DNA of 64,000 bases from Balanoglossus misakiensis (Eukaryota > Animalia > Hemichordata). Each line of letters begins with the position of its first letter. Position 1 is the stretch's first letter. Made by a program: the position numbers and the translations under genes. Shown piece after piece: positions 41,400 through 52,785 of this stretch. The notes under the pieces are model-generated. The model worked only from the letters and a program-made list of their open reading frames with translations. It had not been told where the DNA came from and did no database searches. The stretch covers positions 9,629,061-9,693,060 of the forward strand of contig CM082584.2 of the NCBI GenBank assembly GCA_040954595.2. Reading direction: 5' to 3'.

Positions 41400-43540
41400 A
41401 AAAAGGACTGTTTCATATTATAGAACCTGAAACGCTGAGTAAGTCAACACAGAACACGCGAGAGTGCTATCTTTCCTTTGACAAGCAGAGAAAACACCCA
41501 AGTTAACACCAGACATCTCGCTAACCCATACACTAGACTGACCACGATGCAAGCTTTCATATCTCTCCGAAATTTCTCAACACTCGGACGCTTTGCCTAT
41601 AGCACACCACCACGATGCCACAGCCAATGCATTCCTCTTTGTATTACAAACCCTGGCTTTGGGGAAAACACCATAAAACTATAAACGGAAGCCTGTTCTC
41701 GTTCCAAAACTGGGTGGTCCAAATTATCAAAAACTGCCAAGGGAGATTATTATCCACAGGTAAAAGACTATTGTCGGCTTCTTATTCGATAGCGTAGACA
41801 ATGAAGGCACTGTTACAATCATAGATATACTTTAGCCTTTGGTTTGCCAAATTTGAAAGTTATCGGTAATGCGATAATTTAATTTTCTTTTATAGCAGAA
41901 GAACAAATTTTACGAGGATTTGTCGTGCTTTGTTTAGTGCATACTATGTATTGTGGCGGGCCAGACAGGCAAAGAATGTGCATTAATGATCCGACCAGTC
42001 ACGTGCTCATATTATCAAACACATGCGCCGTGAAAAGACATAAAGGGTTGTTGTTCACCATTGACCCGCCAAGGTCAACCGCTCGAACAAACGTTGGTGT
42101 GGATGATTGATTTATGTCGTTGGGAGACTTGGCGTTCTGCTATTGGCCGCACCAATGAGGAAGCTTAGTTTCTCAGTTTTGATCTGAGATTGTTGGGGAT
42201 TTCTTATGCAATTTGGGGCCAGAGTCTCGAGTACCTTTTCGCGCGTCAGTTTTTCCGTTCCGCATAGTTTGTTGGTGTTTTTGTTGTTTCACCCGATCAT
42301 TCGTGTTGCTAAACTGAACTCGGCAAATCGCTAAATTTATTTGTAGAATTAGAAGCGGCCAGATGTCGAGCCTCCTGGGCGCAAATATTCCCGAATCGAA
42401 ATGCCACATCTTGCCTAAATGCATTGTTTCCGTGGCGATGACGTAGCAGATGGATCATTTTTAAATGTGTGTGTTTTTTTAAATTAAGTTACGATACGAT
42501 ACTTTCAGAGAAAAATGAAATCACCGACATTGTTTCTCTTCACATTACCACCATCATACAACTTTCGCCAGGTCTAATTCACATGGAAGTATAGTACGCG
42601 TACAGATCGAATGCTTCATCTGTAACTTCAAAAATAGGAGCCTAAACCTGTTGAGCGTTACATTTATGGACCCCACAGATACGTGTGCGAAATAGGATAT
42701 TAAATGGGTCACCAAAAACAATGGACATATGGCCGATGTATTTTTATAACGGGGATACCATTACCTTTTAAGTTAAAGACAATGATACCTCTGTAATACT
42801 AAAATATGTAATTTCGCTGTTAGAGAAAAGGTCAGTGTATTATACACGCATCACGGGGATTCTGCGTCTCAGAGGCTTAATGGATTGCCAGAAATATAGG
42901 GAATTTATGTCGCAGAATCTAGTTTTCGAATTCCGTGTGGAATAACACGTCGTACCAGTATTGCTGCCTGCCGGCATTAGCGGGGTTTTGTCGTTGGGGT
43001 CGCTATCACCACAAAGTAGAACAACTGTGTCAACGCATGCACTGCACCAGTATGCTGGTAGCCAATAAAATTATACTTGGAAAGTTACGCTTACAAAGGG
43101 GAATTAAGGCATTTTGGTCACATTAAAATATTCAACATGATAGTTAGCCAACATACAATATTAAAGGATGGACTGGATCGTATGGAACATTGCCAGGGGC
43201 AGAAATGTGTAATTATTCCGGTACATTCATATCGACAACACACGGCATGTCGACGATGGCAACGTTTATGGAGGACCGGAGTGCCGCGTTACCATTTTAC
43301 CCGATTACATTCATTATCATGGGTCACGCGACCTGTAATTCACCTTTCGCATTAAGCGGGTGTATGTCTGAAATGTGTTGGGCTGTTGCCAATTGAATTT
43401 GTGAAAAACGACGGTCACCTTCATACTCGGAGACAAAAAAGGCTACTGTACAAATCACATCTTGAAGTTATGATTATTAACCATATGTATATTTCTTTCT
43501 CTTTTTTCTCTCCCAGAACATCATTTCAAGTATATCAACC

Positions 43541-45649
43541 ATGATTCAACCGGAGAATTTGGAATCAGCCATGAAATACCCCAGAACGGAACCACCACTG
43601 AGTTCGCCGATCGGCAGTGTTCACTCGCCACCCGGCGATCGCATCGGTTTTGCCGGTCAGAGTGACTTCCCACGCGAACGGGTTCCCTTTCAAGCGCCGG
43701 CCGCCGCGGACATCCAAGTGGCGAAAATGCTTCCAACGTCTCGCCTGCGAGAATCGCATATTATGCACATGGCCGCCAGCAGGGAAGCGGACTTGGACGT
43801 GTTGCAGCAGAACGGCGTGGTTCCCTTCAGCAGGAAGGACCTGATCTCCAGCCGCAAGCGTCGCGAGTTCATACCCGACGAAAAGAAAGACTCCGGCTAT
43901 TGGGATAAGCGGAGGAAAAACAACGAGGCCGCCAAGCGGTCGAGGGAGAAACGCCGCATGAACGACATGATTCTGGAGTCCCGGGTGATGCAGCTGTCTG
44001 GGGAGAATATCAGCCTAAAAGCCGAGCTGCGGGCGCTGCAGCAGAGAATGAGTTTTGACGCACGTCCCTGCCACGTCCCGGCGGCTATCCAGCCAAACTT
44101 TCCGGCAGCACTGCACCCACCCAACGCCCAAGCGCCGCCGCCGCCATTCGCCGTTCAACCACCCCCGACCCAGGGTCTGGCGGCTCACAGTCTGAACGCT
44201 GGCCGCCTGCCAGGTGTGGGCGAGAACTCCCCGGGCCAGCTGTATCCCCCGACAGACTTCCCCGGAGCCCTTCACATGATGCACATGCAGACAGAGAATC
44301 TGCAGTCGGTGCAGCAGCGCTCCGAGGAACGGGAGTTGGCGTTCCAGCGGGAGGTCAGAGTTAAAGAAGAGCCGAACAGCCTGAAGTACGGCTACCCGGA
44401 TGAACTGGAATCAGAACATCACAGCCTGAAGGCACAGAAGAAAATGCCGAGTTTGATTCAAGTTAGGCCCTTAGCGGAGGCAAATTTTTCGGACTCGGAT
44501 ACCGACAACTACTTGGAGAATGACATGTCGTTTTCGTCAAACGATGGAGATTTTGAGGAGCAAGAGATGGCAATCGATCTCCGCAAAGAGACGGGCTCAG
44601 ATTCTGGTACAAATCCGACGACCTCGGAGCTGCCGTCCCCGCTGCCGCTGCTCAAGACATCGCCTCCTCCCCAGCGCTCTTCTCAGTCACCCCACAGTGT
44701 GTTCGCCAGCGGCGTGCCCGTGGAAAGCCACCACCTTCCGTTGAAACTGCGACGGAAGCACAAACCCAGCCACTACGGCGAAAGTGCCTCCTCGTCTTGC
44801 CAATCCCCTACCGCCTCAGAAGAGGGCAGATACAGCGAAACAAAGTCTTCAGAGCCGATGTCCCCGGTGTGCGACAACACAAACGACGAGGATGGCAAAC
44901 GCGATTCCGACGAACCTGCCGAGGCCGGAGAATCCGCGAGCGACCAGCAGGATGTCCGAGCGGGCCACGGAGAGTCCGATATTGGCCTGGTTCCTACTCC
45001 CCCACCCAGCTCGTCAGACTCCGGCCCGCCAACCCCCACGCGATCAGAGTCTTCAGAGAACAAACTCCCGGCTGAGGGCGCACCTCCCTCTGCACTGCAG
45101 TATAACAACATGTACCTTCGGGAACCAGGGGCGTGTCAGACCAGCGTGCCGTCCATGCCCCTTTTCCCGATGAACGCAGACGCCCGCTTGAGGGATGAGG
45201 AAGACAAGCGGAGGAGGATGGTCATCGCCGCCAAGACGCTGGCCGAGATGAACCCCGGGTACTTCAAAGGGCGAATGCAGGAACAGCTGATAAAAGAGGA
45301 AACCCCCGAAGAGGTTCCCCCCAGGGCGCGCGACGAGATGTCTGACGATGAGAGGTACCGCGACAAGCGCAGGAGGAACAACGAAGCTGCCAAGAAATGC
45401 CGCGACATCCGGAGGGCGCTCTTCGAATACCGCAACGCCCGCGCTGCCTACTTAGAGTACGAGAACGTGCAGCTCCGTACTGAACTTCACATTTTGTCGT
45501 CTGAGATCAGTGAACTCAAGGAACTGATATCGCAGAAACACAAGAGGCGACAGCAGGGACTTGTAGCCACAATGCAAGCGCAGGTTCGCGCCAACTCAGG
45601 GACTAGGGTCCAATTTGACAAGAACCCAGGCAGTTATATGCAACACTGA
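43541..45649 (+). CDS. NFIL3: NFIL3/E4BP4/vrille-family bZIP transcription factor, paralog A (702 aa) with two bZIP domains
   Basis: bZIP1 (~43853-44047) [38 protein letters not shown] is the NFIL3 signature; HLPLKLRRK motif (44732-44758) resembles NFIL3 LPHKLR; bZIP2 (~45344-45540) YRDKRRRNNEAAKKCRDIRR...LEYENVQLRTELHILSSEISELKELI. Single coding exon after a 3' splice site at 43516, as in vertebrate NFIL3. Confidence 0.9.
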   Translation: MIQPENLESAMKYPRTEPPLSSPIGSVHSPPGDRIGFAGQSDFPRERVPFQAPAAADIQVAKMLPTSRLRESHIMHMAASREADLDVLQQNGVVPFSRKDLISSRKRREFIPDEKKDSGYWDKRRKNNEAAKRSREKRRMNDMILESRVMQLSGENISLKAELRALQQRMSFDARPCHVPAAIQPNFPAALHPPNAQAPPPPFAVQPPPTQGLAAHSLNAGRLPGVGENSPGQLYPPTDFPGALHMMHMQTENLQSVQQRSEERELAFQREVRVKEEPNSLKYGYPDELESEHHSLKAQKKMPSLIQVRPLAEANFSDSDTDNYLENDMSFSSNDGDFEEQEMAIDLRKETGSDSGTNPTTSELPSPLPLLKTSPPPQRSSQSPHSVFASGVPVESHHLPLKLRRKHKPSHYGESASSSCQSPTASEEGRYSETKSSEPMSPVCDNTNDEDGKRDSDEPAEAGESASDQQDVRAGHGESDIGLVPTPPPSSSDSGPPTPTRSESSENKLPAEGAPPSALQYNNMYLREPGACQTSVPSMPLFPMNADARLRDEEDKRRRMVIAAKTLAEMNPGYFKGRMQEQLIKEETPEEVPPRARDEMSDDERYRDKRRRNNEAAKKCRDIRRALFEYRNARAAYLEYENVQLRTELHILSSEISELKELISQKHKRRQQGLVATMQAQVRANSGTRVQFDKNPGSYMQH

Positions 45650-47667
45650 CGGGTTTCAATAGGAATTGTACATGACAAATTATAGTTGCAGATCAGACAG
45701 TGTACAGAACAGCGAATGTTGTTGCCATATCTGTTGGCCTAGGTAATATTTGAATGTTAAATTTCTGAAGACGAAAAATGTTTGCCTTTATAGATTTACC
45801 AGTATAAATCTGGAGAGGGGACTTATGTTGTGATATTGACCTTGAAAATACTACTTTATTACCTCCACGAACTTTGGGTGTCGGCAAGTTCAAGTTGATA
45901 CTACATATATTTAATTGCTCTGTGAAGTACTACACGAAGGGGGGGGGGGGTTAATGTAATATTTTAATGTACAACTTATTAACATGTGTTACTGTTGAGA
46001 ACAAAAACTACAACCCGCCGTGGTTTGCCTAAAACACGACACATTTATAATTATACCACCTGACGAAACAGCGACCCCACATGGCACAAAGTGGTCCAGA
46101 TATAGCCGACATCTGCGCATGACAACAGGTGCCTTTAAAGTTAACTGACTGCACACGAATGACAGAAACCAGGGCTAGCCTGCATAGATCACTTGAAAAT
46201 GCTTTTTCTGCACATTCTGGTGGACGTTGGAGAACAAAGTCACCGTCTTCTGAAATGATTTTAGTGATTTTTTTTAATCTTCTCACACTGTGAATGGGCG
46301 TCACGTTTACATGCGGGTACTTCCGTGACACAATTTCTGATACTAACTGTATAGTATATCCTTGCGGTATGTATGTGTTATATCCAGGAAACGTAAGAGT
46401 AATTTTAATGTGTACTAATAACAATGTAATTATTCAAACAAAAAATTGTGGTCCAAAATAGCGAGGCTGTATCACCCAATCAAAATAATCAGCGTCTCGA
46501 AGACGGTGACTTTGAAAGTCGGTGTAGATGGAAAATTATGTATAGTTATGTATTGCAAGACAGAGTAACTCGTTGTATAATGTCACGTTATAAGCGTATT
46601 AATATTTTGTTTCGGGGGAAAATTATTTCCCCTTTATAAATTGGTGTCCGGTTTAAGACATACTCGGTTTTTTTCTAACTACTCAGGTACTTTTTTTGTT
46701 CGTGCGTATTTCTTGCACGCGCAGACCGAAAGTTCTCGCCAATTGCGATAATCTCGTCTTTTCTGGTAGAGAATCCAGAACCTACCTCGTTGTAAATATA
46801 CTACTAAACACCCGGGCAGTGATAATTTGTGTTTTCCGTTTCGTCATGAAAAATGAAAGTGGATTTAATGACTGACAAGACTAACCACGTGTAATAATTC
46901 TTGCCCACTAGTCAAGTTAAATTTAGAATTTTACGGGTCACCCATTATGAAACACAGTCGAGGGTCTGTCTTTAGGCCTAAATGACGTCGTACTTGAAAC
47001 ACGGTTATAGTTTCTGAATCCATGTCGCCATTCAGTCTGTACCAAAAAAATCAAACTATTTCAAATAGATTGTAATTGAAATCCACGTTCTGTGCGGGTT
47101 TATTTGGTTTGCTGGGTTGATTGCAATTGTTCCTTGCTTGCGCTGCCGTACTCGACACTTCAGGCTTCCCAATGTTGGCCAGGCACTTCCGGGCGATCAA
47201 AGCTTCAATGCACAGCGCACGAGCAATGATTTCAAAACAGAAAATTTGAACAGCTAACAAACGATATCCTCACTACCTCTGGATTTTTTCTTGTCAGATA
47301 TAATTGTATTTTGGAATCTCGTCGAGGGGATCTTGTCATTGGTGTTTAATGCGGTTTTGACGTGCAATAGACGTCTGTAAATAGGGCCGGCCAGTTAATG
47401 GCGACCCGTTTCATAACAGTACTTGGCATAATTTTTTTTCCGTACTACAATTTAAAATTGTCTTTTTTTCTGCCTATATGCCATTTGTATTAGTTTTCAA
47501 TTTTAATACTAGTATAGTTTTGCATAATTTTATGGGGGAAAGTGTTTATTTCTAAATAGCTATTAAGTACCGCCTTTTCAATATGGCGGCGTTTCACGTT
47601 AACATGGGGAGCGAGTAATAGTTGTTGCACGACCTATGATAGTTTTTCGAGCACTTTCGTTCCGTGA

Positions 47668-47876
47668 AGGGGAAGAATAGTTTGATTTCTTGGGGGGGGG
47701 GTGGAGGATCGTAGGGATTTTTTGCTGGTGATGTGGAGGAAGAAAATCTTCTGCATTGCCTTAAGGGAAAAGGTGGACTGACACAAGAAAACCAAAATAC
47801 AGTAACAGTGGTTGATAAAGGATTTGCTGACAGTACCCCAAACCTCCTCCCCCAAGAAATGAAATGGTTCTCCCCT
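47668..47876. mobile_element. MITE-like element, ~210 bp, with imperfect ~30-bp terminal inverted repeats
   Basis: Left AGGGGAAGAATAGTTTGATTTCTTGGGGG versus right reverse complement AGGGGAGAACCATTTCATTTCTTGGGGG; no ORF; TSD unclear. Confidence 0.5.
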
Positions 47877-48387
47877 AAGCATTGTTAAACCGTTTTGAAA
47901 CTCCCACCGTTGTGCTTGTCAACAGAGCTTGCATGCACGCTTTTATGTTCATTGCTATAATTGGTCCTCTGCCGGACTTTTTTGCGACAGTAATTCTGGA
48001 TGTGAATTGCAGAGATACACACGGTTCTGTTTCAGTGATCAAGAAACCGAGCTTTTGCACAGAGTAGAAAGGTTGAAAATTAAACCTCTTCAAATGTTAC
48101 TTACAGTACATTGTGCCTTTGCCAAGTTATTCTAAAACACATTAGTTTAGTACATGTATCAAGAGGTACATGAGGTTTCTCCGCAAAAAAATGTCTAGCA
48201 CATGGAAGGAAACCTAAACTAGTAATTAACCAACAAAGCTGCATCTCCAGCTGTATCTTGTCGTCAAAGGTTTTGTCAACCGCTGCATCATGCGTCATGA
48301 ATCTGTGACATTGACTGTGACCTTGCAGGACCTCAGAGAGCAGCGCCGCGCCACTCAGGTCACAAAGCAACGACGGCTAAAATGTAG

Positions 48388-48564
48388 GGAAGATTCCTTA
48401 TGACGCCATCTTGGAAATCGCACGGGGTTGTGAAATATATATCCTAATTTTAACCGCAGTGTTAGGTCAAACTGACGTTTGACCCCGCAGAACTGCGGCT
48501 ACTATTGGAATATACATCCCACAATCCTGTGCGATTTCCAAGATGGCGTCATGACAAACCTTCC
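48388..48564. mobile_element. ~177-bp fold-back (palindromic) element, probable MITE
   Basis: Perfect 24-bp inverted repeat ATGACGCCATCTTGGAAATCGCAC (48400-48423 / 48529-48552), imperfect pairing beyond it, central GGTCAAAC-TGAC-GTTTGACC. Confidence 0.65.
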
Positions 48565-49674
48565 TTATTTAAACGCCGGAAACAAAAGTATTGGCAAACC
48601 AGTAAATGAACCGTGGCTGATACCGTCTCCATTCTTGCACTCAGTCAAGCGTTGCATATTTTGAAGTGTGATCAAAGGCTTTGCTGTTGATTTCCGATAT
48701 GTTTTCCTCATTTCTACTTTGTATCTGTGGTGTAAGTATTCCTGTGTTTTGTATTCAATAAAAATCGTTGCCTCGATACATAGGTGTGAAAAGTAATTTG
48801 TTAGAGATATCGGAGTTGCTCACTAAGATTGGGGGGAGGAAGATTTCAGAGAGGCTATGCAACCTATTTTGCCATGAAGATGACGGGCATCACCGGCCGG
48901 CGCGTTGAAGTGCGCCATCAGCGCCGATAACAAGTTTAGCTCAATGACCTCATAGTACAGTTGTCAGCGAAGAATATCTCAAGAGCTCAATGGATATCAG
49001 TCCCAATTTCAATTCCTCCCTGGGCAAAGCTGTCTCTCATTTTTGAAACAACACGTATGATGGGGAAACATGGCTTTGCAAATATAAAGGATACTTTAAA
49101 ATAATTTGTTTCAGCTGGAACCCCTATTCATCATGTCTATTAAGGTCTATACAACATTAATCGATTAGTCTGCGAACGCACATGAACCCTTGTCGTCTGC
49201 AAATGTGGAGTCTAATTTGGCCTAGAGCACTTCGGGAAGAGCAACGACCTGTAGACCAAGGTTAGCTATTTAAATTGGCCGACGGAGAAATTTACGGTCA
49301 ACTGGCTTTGAAGAAAAGGTCAATAACATTAAATTCATTAGCTGCATATGTTGGATTTTGATTTGCACCTCCAGAAAACTAAGGATTCTGAGTTTATAAG
49401 AAAAAACATGCAGTATCTGGCTCCTCCAAATCCGAGCATGTAAACCTCGGTCACGCGTTCTCAGCCGTCAGAAGGCGCATGCCGCCACGAGTTACGTAAT
49501 AACTCGTGATTTGCCTCCGACAAATGTTTGCCATCTGCTTTGAAGCTATTAACGACACTACTGATGACGTCATCCGGCGTGACGCCATTTCAAACAACCT
49601 CTACTAATCAATTTCTTTGTTTGTGGATCGAGAACGGGATTAATCAGCCGTCGATCGATCGCGAAGGATGATTT

Positions 49675-49705
49675 GTTGGTTGGTTGGTTGGTTGGTTGGT
49701 TGGTT
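49675..49705. repeat. (GTTG)n microsatellite
   Basis: Visible tandem units. Confidence 0.85.
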
Positions 49706-50827
49706 AACACATAGAGCCTACGGTCTATGGTGTTACCAAAGACCTACGAGACAACCATGTAATTACAGTTTACAAGGACGCTTTCCTGGAACACCTAACA
49801 AAGGCTTACGCAACTCCTTTTTGTCTGACCACCTGCATTCAGCTGAACTGGCGGGAGAGAGACAGAACTGGGGGGGGGGGGGGGGGGACTCCGACTATTA
49901 AATTTGGATGAGCGGAGAAGGGGAACTCAAAACAACTGAAGGACTGTCAAATACCGCCAAGTGACTGTGGACTACAGAAACAAGTGGTGGCGGGCCGTAG
50001 ACACAGTCCCCGGACTGTGATGTATACTACATGTATATTGATTAAATTATGCGTGTGTGTTTTTTTTTTTGCCTGGCCAAAACGAGAGAAAAGTATTCTC
50101 GCTGTACGGAGTGTATCAACAACAACGGCAACAAAAAACGTTCAATTACTTGTACGGTATCCATGGACTCAGATGTGAAATTCGATATGATTCCGCCAAT
50201 GTTGGGATGTATATGTTACTAGTATATTTGTGTAAAGTATTGGGAAAATCTGCATATTAACAAGGGGTGGTAAATGTGGTGTCACGTGTTCTACTAAAGT
50301 GTCAGAATGAGACAAATCAAATTGTCCGGAAGTGTCAAATCGCTGCCAGTGTGTGAAGTGTTTTTTAATGAATATTACACAAACAGAGCGGGTGATGGAT
50401 TGAACAAAAGCGAGAAAACGCGGCTGTCACCTCTAATTTAACATTAACCATATATGGTAAAAAAGGCGTGCTAAGTCTTCGAATATTTTACGTGTGGCAA
50501 CACACTGAAAATGTGTTATTGGCTAGATCTCAACTCCCCATCGTAAAAGTGGCTAAATTTGCAGCGGCGATTTATACGGTAACTTGGCAAGCGAGACCCT
50601 CCTTTGATTATAACACTACACTCTTCTCAACACATGGAGTTTTTGTAGAGGTTTTAGTGAACCTAACGTTTTCATACCACCAGAAGTACGGGGGTGTCAG
50701 CTAATGTAGGGGTCATGAAAATGACCCAATGATGAACAAACGAACGACAAAATGGCGCCTCTGGAGAATGAAGTTCTCCATAGGTCTTAAAATACATGAA
50801 TATGGATAGATGCCAGCTCGTTCTGAC

Positions 50828-50862
50828 CATGGAGGTACTAGAGTCTCTCTAGTACCTCCATG
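50828..50862. mobile_element. 35-bp inverted-repeat-only mini element flanked by a target-site-like duplication
   Basis: CATGGAGGTACTAGAG-TCT-CTCTAGTACCTCCATG (perfect 16-bp arms) with TTCTGAC on both sides (50821-50827, 50863-50869). Confidence 0.6.
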
Positions 50863-52785
50863 TTCTGACGAATATTTAACTGTAGTCTTGCCCCATTATC
50901 AGTTATTATGTTGAGAACGAGTAGTCTACTTACTTGTAGGCTCAACTTGGGCATGGAACCGACATCTGTAAGCCGGAAGGAATAGCAGTTTCTTTCAACG
51001 CAGAGTCTTCCAAATTTTCCCCGACAAGTTCTCACGTTCCCTGGCACAACCAGTCATCCTCATTAGCTCCTCCTTGTATTTTCTGCTTCACTTTTGTAAC
51101 GTATTTTCAGTATTAAAGAAATGCCGTCTTCAGACGCGATGCTTTCACCGACGTGCAAGTTGGGAGAACACGATGAAAATGGCATGGCGCATGCAAATGT
51201 ATGAAAGCATCTGGTGAAGCCACAAAATTCGGGCGGCCACTCTCAACCAATGGAAATATCGACATCCAGGTGTTCATATTCAATTTTTAATTGGCCGACA
51301 GGAGAGAAGTGTATGTGCTTTATGATTGGTCGTGCTTTACACCAGGTGTAATGTCAGCGTGGAACTGTATGGAAATCGGTCAGGTATTGAACCGCCACTG
51401 ATGATTCGGGCCTGGAGCCCTCGTGTCAGGGAGTTGTAAAATGATTCATGGGCAGAATACTAACTACCCACCCCATTTTGACCATCTCAAATGGCATCAA
51501 AAGTAGCCCAGAACTGACGCTCACAATCAGAAACATATTTTTAGAAATAATGTCCACTCAAGTTATTTTTAAACAATTTCATTTAAAAAATTCAATAATT
51601 ATATTAAAATATTCATATTTGCATAATAGTCAACAGGCTGAACAATACGTTAGTCAACTTTCAAGGCCGGTTTCATATTGGTCAATCGGATGGAAATAAC
51701 AAGACCGAGTCCGCTATAAATAAATCGATCTGCGCTTTTCAATGACCTTACGTAATGGCGCGCAACTATATTCGATTATCCACAGCGGCTTCCGCGAAAA
51801 ATGTTATATAATCTAAAGAATACACATAATCCATGAATACACTGTCTGTGCCAATTGAAATCAAACACGACGGTTTTAACAGTCTGCCACTTGTTTTTTA
51901 TCATGCGTCGTTTTTCATCGGCATGTTCACAGCACTACAGATAGCACGATTATACAGTACAGTATTACCATTTATGACGAAATCTGAGAAAACTAGTAGT
52001 GGACACTGTGAAAAGTGTCACAAGGATGAGAATTGATTAGTAAACAAATGGCACATTCTAAAGACCTATTAATAAACACTATTTACATAATATCCAGACA
52101 CCATGGCAAATTTTCTAAATAATTTGTTGAAAAGATTAATCATAATTACCCCAGATAGATACGGGACATATCTCACGATTTGGTAGGATTTTGAAATGAA
52201 GTCTGTTCAGAATCACTAAATGTTAAAAGGGTTCGTGTGACTTTTCTTTTATATACATACCATTTCCTACTGTCCGGGGAAACCGTGCTTATCAATGTAC
52301 AACCCCCCCGGGATTAAAAATGATGAAGATTTGTTCAATTTCAAAAGGCTTTATTATCACGTTATAAATTATATCAGAACACGCCATTACATTTTGCGTA
52401 AATAATATCACGTGAATGACCAATCGCAGCAAATACTCCATTGGCCTAATGTTTGAATCCGTGGGGAGATGCAATGAAACACACATACACATACATGTGT
52501 ATATAATTCATTATACAATGTATATATACATGAATATGACCGTGAAAATAATTGTTCTCATGATAACTGATTTTGCAGTTTCTCAGCTTCCAATACCTCA
52601 GTGGGTTATAAACTTACACGTATTCCCTGAGTTAATACCAAATGTCAACAGAAATCCATCCGTAAAGGAAAAAAAATAAGGCAAAGTCGTTGCAAACTAG
52701 TCTAAAAGTTGGAAATTCTAAATTAGGAATGGGGAGAGTGAGAAAGGCACTGGTCTAATGATATGGTGGGTTAAATATGAAAGTA

